From assembly GCA_904063045.1 (NCBI GenBank), contig CAJFCJ010000012.1:1054001-1118000 (forward strand): a DNA stretch of 64,000 bases, given 5' to 3'. The stretch comes from Dimorphilus gyrociliatus. Its lineage: Eukaryota; Animalia; Annelida. Below the pieces are notes generated by a model that was not told the origin of the DNA, ran no database searches, and was given only the letters and a program-made list of their open reading frames with translations. Made by a program: the position numbers and the translations under genes. This document shows positions 51,564 to 64,000 of this stretch, in pieces (position 1 is the first letter of the stretch; every line of letters begins with the position of its first letter).

Positions 51564-54500
51564 CTAGGAAAGTGGAATTTCATTAATATAGTCGTTCGAT
51601 TTGTACATATCTACTAATAATTTATCAATTGGAACATCTCTAATCGCCTTCTTGAAGAAGAGTCGTTCGATAGTTGCCGAGCTCACCGACTTTAATGAGG
51701 GAAGGAGTAGGAGTAATTGTCCAAATCTGAGGGGTTGAGACGGATAGGCTTTGTTGATGTAGGTGCTAAGAGTCACTTGAGCTTGGTCTTGGATAGCGGC
51801 TATATCTTGAGCGCTTTTGATGTCGTTATTTTGAACGGCTGTCGATATACGCAAGAATTTCAATAAATAATGCGGTTATTTTCACTCAACTACTTTTCCT
51901 TACAATCAGCTTTCTCACAAACCTAAAAGCTGTGACTTGCTGACTGTTTGGGGCGGTGAGCTAAGAACTGATTGTGTGCACAATAAAGAAATGGAGCCGG
52001 CGGCTGTTTTGCGCTAAAAGCATTTTATAGAAGTAAGTAAACGAACCTGTTTTGAAGATGACGATGCCTTTTAAGCAAGCATATTCGCTCCGGTCAACCT
52101 GCATTGAGCGGAATTTGGCGATAGTGTCCTGAAGGACTCTTATCTCTGCAATAGCCGCGATAGAGTCATCGCTGGGTGATTTATCTGGCGATATTCCAGC
52201 AGCAGTTAAAAGAGATGCAGCTTCGATTGGTAGTTGAAATTGAGCAGCTCCTAGTACAAACATTTCCCGCCATCCTTCCTCTAACAAGCTTAATTGGTCA
52301 CTTACAGGTAGACGGAGAAAGGCTGGTGTACTCTTCATCCAACTCAGGATGTTGAAGAGGATTCTGGCGGCAGCTTCACACACCGATTCAGCGGAATCGA
52401 CGCTTGTGGGTGGTGTGGGTGGCAACTCATGAGCGTACTGTGGCAGTTTTTTTTAACCATTTAAAAGCGTATATAATTGCGTATTCAATTATGCGATAAA
52501 GAGCGAAAAAAAATACAACTCACCTTAATTGACGTCGTTGTCAACGTCGGTGTTGGAGTTGAGTTACGTTCTTCAATCACTATAGCTGGCGATGTCCTAA
52601 CTTCCGGTCGAACTGAGGCCAGAGGCAAGGGTGGAGGCGGTGAGAGGAATGTAGCCGGATGATGGAGATAAGGATGGCGGAATGCCGCTGGAAAGACGGT
52701 CGTTGCCATATCATTTGATTCTTTTAAATAGAGTGCCATCTGGCGACGAATGGTTGAATTGCGGGGTCCCCTTTCGTGTTGAACGGCTGTGAAAAGAATA
52801 GAAAGACATAAGCTCGTTAGCGACGATACGGTGCACGGTGCAGTTCAGAGGTGCTGTCTTGAACGTATTTGTTCAGGTGCAATAGTGGGCCGATTGCCTG
52901 CCTTACCCCCTACCCCCTCTCGTCTTAAACCTAGCGGCCCTTGGGGCAAATCTGCGCCTGTGTGCGCCTCAATTAACTTCTGTGGACTTCCATTGAATAG
53001 CAGACGTTTTAGGCACAGAGGATTAGGGTAAATGTTGAACATCAAAAGGATTTAAACGCCCCGACAATGCGGAATAGCTTCAACTTTTCTCTTTTACTCT
53101 TGCCTTTTTTTTGCTCGAGATCCTTTTTTATTTTTTTTTAAAAAAAAGCTGCCCTTTTTGCCAGGGGCGTGTCCGGCTTGGGCCTGCTTCAATCTGTTTA
53201 TCAACACTTACTATATACACATATAGGCCTAAAAGAGTTATAACGAATTGTCAATAGAACATTTCAGCTAATAAAAGTGGCATCCAACCGGCTTTCTTAA
53301 ACCGACAGTCGAACAGTTCATATATATGTTGAAATTGAAAACTTATATATTTGTTCTATTAAAATTCATTGCGATCTTTCTTATTTGTTCAACTTCTACC
53401 AAAGAGCGTATCTACTTAAGAGGTCGCGTCAAAAAAAATATAGGTCAAGACGGACATTTATACAGCAACGTGAGGGAATGCAAGCCAATTCTCTTAAGCC
53501 CAACTCTTGTTCGAGTAAAAAAGGCAATTTGTTAGAAAAATATTGAACTGCTGTCACGGCTTTACCGGCTCGTATACTTTAAACATCCGAGTCAAAAATC
53601 AATTTGATACAAGCCGCGAAATCCGACGCACTATGTTATTCGATAAACGAGTAGCAGACGGCAGAGGGTAAACGCCCACAAGTTAAGGAGACATTGTATA
53701 GTTTGTCAGGACAGATTGCTCAGTGGGAGATCGTAAACTTACCGTCTTTGTTCATTCCAGCCTCTATGCACTTCTTTAACCGGCATGCTCTACATTGATT
53801 GCGGTGGGTCTTGTCAACTGGACAGGGCGATCCGGCTCTGTTCTTGCATACGTACTGCCTATTACGTCTAATGGAACGCTACACGTGCAAAAGCACAGGA
53901 GGAAAAAGAAAACGTCATTAGAGCATGTTCGTACATTTAATTACGCCGCGGGGGTAAAAAACGAGATACGAATCGGGTCATCATCGAATTGCTTAAAGGC
54001 TCCATTCTTCAGTCAATTGCCTACCTTCTAAAGGCCACTCGTTTCTTGCGTAAGTTTCCAAGTGGGATAAAGCTCGAATTACCCTCGAAATGATCTGACT
54101 CGCGGTAGGAATAGGGAAACGGAAGACGATCGGAGCTACTTTAGCCCATATACCCCCGCCCTTTATTGGGCGTCTCCCTCCTTCTATGCTCGTTTTTTCC
54201 CGGTAAATAAATTAGCAAGTATTGTTGAGCTTTGGGGGAGCTTTAAACAGCGTTTAATGAGCTTCTTGCAGTAGGCGTGTATTATAAAAGTGTCATTATA
54301 TAAACTCAATTGGTAGCTGTCGAAAGCTCACGAACAACTTTGACTTCGAGTATTTAACTAACATTTATACAAACTCACCTTAAAAAATCCTGCGCACCTG
54401 TATTGAATAAAAGAAAACGCTTTGATCTATGAGCCAATCGATAAATTGATTTCTTATATACTAACCCATCGCAGGCGTAAATCCCGTAATGCTTGCCGCT

Positions 54501-56034
54501 TGAATGATCCCTGCACACCTTACACGGAACGTCGACTAGAATACGACCTGTTGAGAAAAAAGAGAAAAAGGTAGAAAAAGGGCGCTTGAAAACAATTCCC
54601 TTTGTTCGAACAACGCAGGTGCGGTTATATATATACGGACGGCTTACGGAGGCGAGAAAGAGCGAGTAAGGGAAAAGAGGAACTTTGGCTACGGAAATTA
54701 AAAAAATAAAGGGAAGTAAATGCTTTTCGGGACGCTTTATTTCACTATAGAAGCTGACCGTCTATTGTTCGCAGACGTTAAACGGTCCACCGTGGAATGT
54801 TTGCGTTCACAAATATTCCTTAAGTCAAATGAGCTGCCGCCGATTTGGCAGTTTGTTCTCGACGGTGTTCCAGCAAAGGAAAGCTTATACGGGCAATCGA
54901 CGACCCTATGATGTAATAACCGTCTCTCGAGTGTTGGCATTCTTTAGAGCGGCTTCTTGGAACATTTTACAACCCTTGTTTGTATTTTCACGAAAAGAAC
55001 AATATTTGTAAATGTTCTGTTTCCCGCCTTTGTTCCCGAGAATCTTGTAGGACTGAACAATTGGTAATATATTTCGGAAACGTGAGAATTATTTCAAATT
55101 GTCAAATTTTCGATTTTCATCCAATTAGCTCGATTGCGTATACGTTCGAACGTCACAAGCTGTCAGAGGATTGCGTGCATCGATAAAACGAAGCAGATCG
55201 TTTTTCCTTCCATATTTTCTTTCATTGTTGCTTCGACCCCGCTCAGAAAACGACTATCGGAAGTTGTCCGACATTCCAGAAAGCAAAGTTGCCCAGTGTT
55301 GTAGGAGATGAACGTATTAAAAACTCATGTTGAATAATGGTAGAACATCAGGCAAATTTGAACGTCGTTAATTTTGAATAGGCATGCAGCTGCCTCCTCC
55401 CTTTATCATCAATATAACTTTCGTCTTTCATTCAATTATAATACGACATTTCTCATGATTTGTACATGTCGCCGCTCTGCTTTAATTACTGGACTGGGCG
55501 GAGCCCTGTAGCTTTACTTTCAACTATCAACCAGATTAATGTCTTCATATTTTTTTCTATTATTATGAGAAGTAAAAGAAAATAGAGGACAAAAATCCGT
55601 AAAATCGTTAAATTGTTTACCAAGTAATACGAGTAATGTTTATGAATAAAAGAATTATTGATTATTTATTGATTGAATTGAAAATAACCGTCTGAAAGTC
55701 AACAAACTTTTATTATTTGCCGCTTTCGTCAAGTCCGAAAACCACTTCCGACAGCTTAATAAGACAAATTATAAAGTGTATCAATTAAGAAGGAATTTTT
55801 TCTAGATCTATAAAACATTAGTGTTTGATAAGGCAAACGATAAAAACCTTAATTAGGAAAATTCTAAAGAAACTCACTTAATAAAGAACGCTGAACTTTA
55901 CATTCAAAGAGCGTGTCAAACAAAGCGAGTAAACAAGAATCGAATCGGAAAACGAAGATTAAAGGCGTACCTTAATTCTGACAAAGAAATAAAATCTACT
56001 CACTTGATGTTGGCGGAGGAGATGTCGTCGGCAT
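51564..56034 (-). CDS. tll: Tailless / NR2E1-type orphan nuclear receptor, paralog B, 398 aa
   Basis: Exons 56034-56004 ([10 protein letters not shown]), 54547-54466, 54397-54379, 53878-53743, 52786-52524, 52437-52047, 51838-51564. [89 protein letters not shown]...[16 protein letters not shown]...DMYKS. Internal DBD exon sizes 82/19/136 are identical to paralog A. Confidence 0.95.
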
Positions 56035-59000
56035 ATTTTTCACGTCTTCGTGTCGACGGTAATCCTGCATGACGCTTGTTCGTCTTTTGGCTGTCTTCTG
56101 CTCTTGACCTCTGACGGTTCGCGCTCTCTGCGTCATTCAAACATAAACTCCTCCCACACCCCCTTTTCACAGCTGCCTTCTCATTGGCTAATCCTGACGC
56201 GGAACTGGTATCTGATTTTCACTCCTTCCTTATTGGTTAATTCGTTCGACGCCGTCAACGTCTGACCTGATTTGCGTGACGGATAGTTTGTGTCACTGAT
56301 TTTGTACGAGACTGCAGGCGTTCTCGCATACAGCTGTCTGCATAATCACTCTTGTACACCACCGTTTTTTTCATTTTGTGCATACGGTCTGGAAGAGTTG
56401 TGAAAAGGGGAGGGGGGTTTTTCTTGAGTGCGTGACTGTCTATTCCTTGTACTATTCAAAAAATGTAATATCTAGGTTGTGGATGTCCGAATGCGGACAT
56501 TAATTATTTATCATGATTATAGTAAACCAGCAGAGATGTTCGTTTGCGATTAGAACGTGAGAAAATTTTGTAGCCGAAAATTTATCGCATATAATTGCGA
56601 GTGAAACAGCCTATGCTACCGGAGAAATTAAAGGCATTAAACGCGTATTGAAACGACCACGAAAGTGCAGCACGCAAATCTATTGGCGTGACCACACAGA
56701 AAAATTTCTAACGAAATCAGCGACTTCAATACGAAAACAGAACGTAATTCGAGCAGTAAAGTGCTTCAGATAGGCGCCAAGCACTTGATTGTATCGTTCA
56801 TAGCGAAAGCGACGGGTATAAATAACCTCGTTCGCTTTGTAAAAAATAAAAGGGAAAAGAAGAAAACAAATAACCCTGAAACGTACGTTTCACGGATAGA
56901 CGCCTCTTATTGAACGACGCTCCTCTCCAGAGACACCGCCCAAACACCTCTTGACGCTAAGGGGCTCATCGGAATGTAGCGTTACCAGTAATATCAAAAG
57001 CTTCGCCGCTCTTGTTGCTGACGTAAGGACTACTAATATCCGGACCGCTTTGAGAAAGTGGCTTCCTGATGACGCCCTGGATAAGACGGCTTAACGTTCG
57101 TTATTCGGATGATGTAATCGTCCCTAGTAGTTCGCTAATTACTTACGGAGGGCTCCGCCCGATACATGCACAAGACATAGTGACACAGCGGTTACGTAAT
57201 TCGAAAGGAACACAACTCACAGTCGTCATATTGCGCGCACAACACCTGCGGTGTGACGGGAAAGTAGGCTTATTAAATCGTTAATAAGAAACAGCAACTC
57301 AGCATTATGGATTACGTAAACCGTTGCTGACGGTCATTAATGGAATGTCTTTGTAATCCTCAGCATGATAATTTCCTGACATGTTAAACGAGTGAAAGGT
57401 GGTCAATGTAATGGTCCTGCATAATTGCGTGAGAAATGCGTACAATATGCGGTGCATGCATGCGTACATACGTTCACTTTTTTCTTGAAAACATTCAAAA
57501 AAGAAACGATTACGAGCAATAATGGCAAAAGCAAAAAGGGTCGCCCTTCAGGGTAAAATGATTATACTAACTTTTCGAAATCCAAAAATCAGAGGGAGAA
57601 CCTCAACATTTACACCACCCCCCTTTCCATTAGTGGGGTGATAGACCACGGTAAATAAAGCGCGTACTGTATTAGGAATGTACCAAACATTTCAACACCT
57701 GTCCTGTATTTTGTACATTCAAACTAGGCAACTTTCTGACTATTTGCGCATCGTGACTGCTTTTTGGAAATCGTTTTCGGGGTTGGACTCATCCTCTGGG
57801 AAAGCTATTAAAGTTTATTTAGATCTGGTTTTTTTTACAAGGTGAGAACAAATACATTTTACTCGATATACAGTAAAAAATATGACCGATAAAATACAAT
57901 AAAAAGTGAGAAAGAAAGTTTTGAAAGAGGAGGAGGAGGCGGAGGAATATTAGCCCGACTATACACACTGTTAAACAATTAAGCCAGTCTCTCCTTGTAT
58001 ATATAAGCACGCTGCTCACCTGGCCATTTTCACCTCGTTTGTTACCCGGGGGGTTTATTATACGCGGACGTCCCCGTACGCTACTGTTATTTCATACAAC
58101 ATATTAATTATAAGGGAAAGAATTTTTCGTTACGCGGGAAAAGAGAAAAATATTATTTATCAATAATCATATATTCAACAAAAACACCAATGAATAAATG
58201 CTATTTATCTATTAATACCTAAAAGAGTCTATTAAAATGTATATGTTTATTCACATATTCAAATGCATTAAAATCTCTTCTGGCCTTTTATTTTTTCTAA
58301 TAATCCGATCCACTCTTCTCTTTTTTTCCCTACGCCCCCTTCCCTCCTCAGCTCACCTCCTCTTCAAATACCTTTTTTCGAAAAAAAAAACCCAAACGCC
58401 AATATCCGCTCTTTAACCGCACGAACATATTGTCGACTGCTGCTGCTGACACGTTTTTTATTTGAACAAGCGTCAACAAGCAATCAGCTAACACTATTTT
58501 ATCACCCAACATTCGACATGGGAAGGGATTAATAATGAATATACTGTTTATATAAAACTTTGAACGGTTTTTTAAAATAAGATATTGTCTGCCAAATTTT
58601 TTTTTAATATTTATTTACTATATGAATATGAATTTTTTTACTTAATCTTTTCTACTTTCTGTCATTTCGTCTCCTTTTTCTTCACCTTATCTCTTTCTTC
58701 GTACAAACGCTATAATTGTAAACGCGTGAATGATTTTGCGCTTGAATAAAACTGTTTTATTTGGCTTTCGATTTTTTTCGGTGTATGGCCGTCTGTACGC
58801 CTATTCAATTCCTATTCAACAATCCAGTGGAGATTTTACCGGCAGTTTTTCTTTATAACAAAGATGGAAAAGAGCTTAATCTAAGGTGAAAAAAAGAGCA
58901 TACGGAAGGACGTGTGCACATGAATATGCTTATTTGAGTTTATATATAAAGTGTATTTTTCGTCTTATGCATGTAGTATGCATAGGTTTTCAGATTTAAC

Positions 59001-61150
59001 ACTTTAAGTTTTATATTTATCTTTTACACTTTACACTCAGATGCTATACGAACTTGTGAAATATATAGGGTATACATACGGAGCGTATAGATGACGCTAG
59101 TATCGTTTAACATCCAAAACAACGCCTTCTGTAGGTAACATTCCAGAATCCTTATAGTCTTTTACCAGGTTTATCGCCATCTGCCAACAAGCTAATAAAA
59201 GTCTACAATGACAATCTAACGTGTCAATCTTAATAAGTAAAATTATTGCACACTTTATTTAAAGCGAATACGGTTGTAAAAAATAAAATCGGCTAGAATT
59301 TTACAGACTTTTTTGAAAGGGAAGAGTGCAGTGTAGGCCTAAAGTTATTAAAAGTCAATACTCCGAAGCAAACACTTCATGCGTAATTACAAAGAAAAAC
59401 TAATACATGAATTTAAGAAGGAAACTGTAATAAATTTTTAAAAATATTGATAAAAATATCATTAAGTCTAGTCGGAGGGGATAGTTTTCTTATATATCTT
59501 TTTATTTTATTTGAAAAGTAGACTATATAGCGTGACTTCTTTTATGTATAATCTTTATCACGCACTATTTACAAGGTCTATAATGTATAAAGTATATAAA
59601 AAAATATATATATATATCCGGTGAATAAATTATTAAAAAAGAGTGCCCTCAACACAAACTTAATTGAACTTAACTTTTTACATATCATTGTTATCGTAGT
59701 AACATTTAACACTGTAAATATTTTTACATTTAGATACATGTGATAAAAGGGAGATAATTTCGAGGAAATTTAGCATAACCAAAAATACGAATACAATCAT
59801 TGCGTACTCCAGCGTTCGGAAAGACAAGATTCGATAATTTTACAAAGCAATTGCTGTATTCTGCCTTTTTTAGGAGAGGGAGTAGGGGATTTTATCTACC
59901 AGCCAGAATCACCTTCAGTCTATTTTTATAGCGGCGCACAGAGCGGTAAGGAAACTGCCATCGCCTCTACTGCAAAATAGTAATGAACGTGCCGTCGATC
60001 GTATTCTTTTTGCTCGTTACAAATATTGGTATGTAAAAATTTTTTACATTTTCTTCTTTAGCCTAATTGTTGTTTGGTAACTAATCTTCATAACAAAAAA
60101 ACACAAACAAAACGAAAACATATAGATTGATATTTTTTAAGGAAAAAGACAAATTAATGAAGAAGAGAATGAAAATAAAAGAATATCATATTAGTAGACA
60201 TATAATGAAAAATATAGAAATGTAAAAAATCGCCAGTTTCTTATTAATATTCCTTTCAACGTTCATAAAAGAAAGTAATAAAAGGTTTTTTCAAATGAAA
60301 ACGATATTGAAATGCAAAGGTAAATCCTTCAATATCTTATCTAGTTATTATATTCTTACCTAAGAGTGATTAGCAGCTCCATCAATTATTTGGTTACTTA
60401 TATAACATTACATAATCGGTTTACACTGCCTTAGTATGATGAAAGTTTTCAATAAATTAGCTTAGACTGAACGTCAATATTTCATATATAACTTTAAGGA
60501 ATACGTCTAGATGATAAATAATATTAACTAGATAAACGTCTATTATTAAAATAGTGGTAAATCATTGTACAAACCACGTAAAGCAAGTATTTTAATATCT
60601 TGATAAGAGAAATATAATGGGAGGATTAGCGAAATACTTAACCCGTCTTAGATTTTAAATCGTTTAATTGATTTATGTTTACATATTAGACAAAAAGTTC
60701 AATAAGTTTACCTTTTTTATAATTTATTGTTTATAGAATATTTATAAATATGACTGAAATAAATCCCCGACTAAAACAATGCATTAGAATATCAAACTAG
60801 ACTTTTATCTTGTTCTGAATGATTCCAAACATATAGATAAAGTAGTAGTTTGATATTTCAATAAGGTAGTATGTAGAAGGATTTTTTTACTATATACTTG
60901 TAAATTATGGAGAGAAAATGAAAGAGCAATTGGCGTTTAATATTCACTTTCTAGTTTACGAACTATCTATTCGTTTAAGAGATAAAAAAGGTCACTCGCT
61001 CTTTAAACTCTCTTTTAACCCTTCTTTGTCAATTCTATTCTATAAACACCTAGTTGTAGCATTAATATCTAAATAGAAAAATCATCACTGTTAAAGGTTA
61101 CAATTTTCACACTTAAATAGTTATTCATCATCATTATATAGGCTATACCG

Positions 61151-61179
<29 letters not shown>
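61151..61179. repeat. (TA)n microsatellite
   Basis: Perfect TA run of about 14 units. Confidence 0.9.
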
Positions 61180-61183
<4 letters not shown>

Positions 61184-61496
61184 ATGTTTGCTTTTCCTTG
61201 CCTCCGAGAATTTGTCATTGACTTGTAAAAAAACATTGACGAATTTCTATGCATAGACACCATTTTATAAAATATTTTGTTTTTAGATTTTATCTTTTTT
61301 GATCCCTTTTAAATATCCTATTTTTTTTACTCTTTGTACATTTTAGCTATAATCCCTATTTCATTTTTGATGATAGATTTTTATTGAAATTCGATATAAA
61401 GACTTGAAAAGACTATTTCTGGGAAAATATAGAAAAAAGCACTTATTTTTTTTTATTTTTCCTAATTTTTATATTTTTTGTGTTTTATTTTATTAG

Positions 61497-63815
61497 TATC
61501 AACTTGGCAAAAGTGTTCCTTTCCGCACTATTTAACGAGGGGAGATGATGTTTGGACATTTGGTACAATTTATGAGGATTTTTCCGAAAAATGGCTTGAA
61601 AGAACGGAAATATACTCTCCTCAAACGGATAAATTGCTTTTTGAGAGAAAGAGTAAAAAGACCGAACGTTGCCATGGGCGAAAATTTTGTTCTCCTACAA
61701 CAATTTTACTTTATAACTGGGAATGTCTGGACAGTCTACCGCATCATTTGTTTGTTATCAAAGAGAACAGGTAAGTACATCAATGGTTACATTGGCAAGT
61801 GCTAAACAAGTACATAACATAAATATTTTTTTCGTTTTAAACTGTCAATATTTGTTTTAAGCTATACATTTTCTTTCAATAATCTTACAACTATCCCTCT
61901 AAACATACTCTTCCATTAATAAAAATAATGATAATTGTTATAATCATCAGGAACGACAGCAGCTCAAGTCAGTATCTTTGTGTTAGTATACGAGCAGTTG
62001 ATGGACAGAATGTCATTCGCGTTAGTTCAGGTAGGCAAATTACTTTATTTGCATTTAAATTAGTAAACGCTTGTTTCCTTATGTTTCTTCATCTTTCATC
62101 CTATAAAATTTGTAATTGCTATTCGGTCTACTTTATATGCATGAAATTCACCAATCAACCATTAAGTATTAGAATTGAGTCCAATAAAGCTAAAAGTTAA
62201 CTACATTTTTTAGCTAGTTTAGAGGATTCTGCTGCGAAATTCTGTTATGGACAAGTGGCTTTATCGCATCATAAACGTCTGTGGATCAGTAAGTATAAAT
62301 TTATGGGTATTAACAAAATCCAATATTTGTCAGTAGGGCAATCACTTAGTTTTCTAATAATCCCAATTTGAATACGTTAAATTGGTAAGATCTAATCTCT
62401 CAAAAAGCTTACAATGTTTGCTGTTACGCAATTTTGTTGATTACATAATATATCAAATAGGCTAAGGAGATGAGATGTGTCGCGTGTATAAATACTTTTG
62501 CTCAGCTTTTCTCTTTATTAACGTTATTGTTACTGCACATAGTCGATCAGCAACGTTCCTGGCTCCCGTGTCCTAAACTCGGTGGATATTTGTTCGAAAT
62601 TATTGGAGGAGAAAAGGTAAATTTGAGCATCTTCATTATAGTCTATAATAATTTAATTACGTATCCTTCTTCGGGTAATTATTAGTCTTCGTGCCCGAAT
62701 TCCAGGAAATATTCAAGATTGGAAAGTGAGTGTTCGTCTACGGAGGGATTACTCATGTTTTTTCGAGCAGCGGAATGTAACCCATTCTCAAATTACAAGC
62801 ATAAATTTGCAAGATTTCTCTGTTGGGCTGATTGGATTGAAAACAACTATATTCATATCGTTTTAGGCTTTCATTCAAATTCAGCTCGTTACTTGCTTGT
62901 AAGTTATTTATTATAATTATCCCAGAGTAGCACAACAATCTTGAAACTCATTAGTAATTGAGATTATTCAAGTGAGCATATAATTGTATAAAGTAACCTT
63001 TTATAAGTAGAATTTTTTACTTTCCTTAAACAACCTTACAATAAAAGCAACTCTCAGCGCGAGATCGTACCTCGAAGCTTTTTCCTCTAAGGCTTTAACT
63101 AAGCCTAATTATGAGAAGAAAACTTTTTTAAGGGTAATAAATTCTATAAAATAATACAAATAAGTAAGAGGGAAAAAAGCGAAAATAGACTGGAAAACTT
63201 AAAAGTTCTATATAAATACATTATCGGAAAGCATATACTGATTTTTAAATAATACATATTAAATGAATATTTCTAGAAAATACCACGCCACCTATCTAAT
63301 TCTCCGAATCACGTTACAAATGCAAAGGTATTTACGAACGTGATAATTCCTAAAGAAGAAGAGGAAGAATCACTAGAAGTTCATTTCTTTCGGCTACGTT
63401 TAAAAAGGAGTGATAATGGTCCCTGTTTTGACAATAATATTGACTGCAATAAGATAGTCAAAAAGAAAAAATGCAATATTAAAAGATTTGCCCGTCACTG
63501 TCAAAAATCCTGTGGTTTTTGTCAATTCCTTCTTCCCCCTGAGTCAAAGTGTGAAATGCCAGAAAATATTATAGGTTCGTGGACGTGGTACGAATCTCAG
63601 TTTTACGAAACAGTTAAGTTTCTAATAAATTCCCAGTTTTTTTTTCTTTCGGCTTAGCGTAAATCTCATTAAATTTTTTATTATTAAATTCAAACTTAAC
63701 AGGTTAATATTGATAGAAATAGTATTAAATTTGATAAATTCGGCACTTTTACTTGTAAGTCAATTAGTTTTGAAAGGAATTTGTTTATTGCTGTCGCGAA
63801 CTCTGAACATGGATG
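61497..63815 (+). CDS. Partial multi-exon gene: Cys-containing beta-rich repeats (DUF7042/DUF7043/APCDD1-like pattern) with an inserted ShKT domain; runs off the window
   Basis: Phase-consistent exons 61497-61770, 61951-62030, 62214-62288, 62543-62616, 62686-62898, 63277-63612, 63703-63815. Motifs CSFPHYL...W, YLCVSIR...NVI, CPKLGGYLF...C...C...FLCWADW, CEMPENIIGSW, FGTFTC. ShKT: CFDNNIDCNKIVKKKKCNIKRFARHCQKSCGFC (6 Cys). First (start) exon not located. Confidence 0.7.
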
Positions 63816-64000
63816 GTAATTAGTTTTAACTTTCGTAGTTTATTAATTATTCATGATTTTTGCTGCAAAATAGCTCAACAAGATATGTCTGCTTTAATAT
63901 AAAAAGACTGGATTATGATTTACTTTCCTTAAGAATTTGTAAGTTAAGCTAAGCGCCATCTGTTTTTTTCTACAATCCTTACTCGAGAGCAATAATGTTT

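Noticed and set aside
52845-53045. ORFs 52845-53045 (-) and 52789-53031 (+) as coding
   Set aside because: They lie in the tll-B intron 52787-53742; the true DBD exon is 53878-53743.
1-64000. Transposons, rRNA, tRNA, known conserved miRNAs
   Set aside because: No transposase/RT motifs, terminal repeats or recognisable structural-RNA sequences were found by eye; Rfam and RepeatModeler searches would be needed to exclude degraded copies.

Overview
AT-rich, intron-compact animal (bilaterian) genomic DNA. Most introns are GT-AG and 54-91 bp, while the developmental regulators carry 0.5-2 kb introns and multi-kb flanks. A compact-genome lophotrochozoan such as a small annelid is a guess only. Gene order: (1) 3' end of a KCNQ K+ channel (+); (2) a 23-exon gene (-) for a ~4057-aa secreted protein of nine tandem IgGFc-binding (FCGBP N-terminal-like) domains joined by Pro/Thr linkers, including a ~170-aa strictly alternating (X-Pro)n rod, whose signal-peptide exon has a 1-nt homopolymer frameshift; (3) two divergent single-block orphan ORFs, one with a degenerate TIR-like fold; (4) TMEM151 (-); (5) ~12 kb noncoding tract; (6) Phox2 (+); (7,8) two tailless/NR2E1 paralogs in tail-to-tail inverted tandem, both keeping a 19-nt microexon in the P-box/recognition helix; (9) 5' part of a DUF7042/7043-like repeat protein with an inserted ShKT domain (+). 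A CTCF-like YAGRKGGCG motif recurs across noncoding DNA. No CRISPR, rRNA, tRNA or mobile element could be supported. All gene models were spliced by hand and all family calls come from recalled motifs, not database searches.
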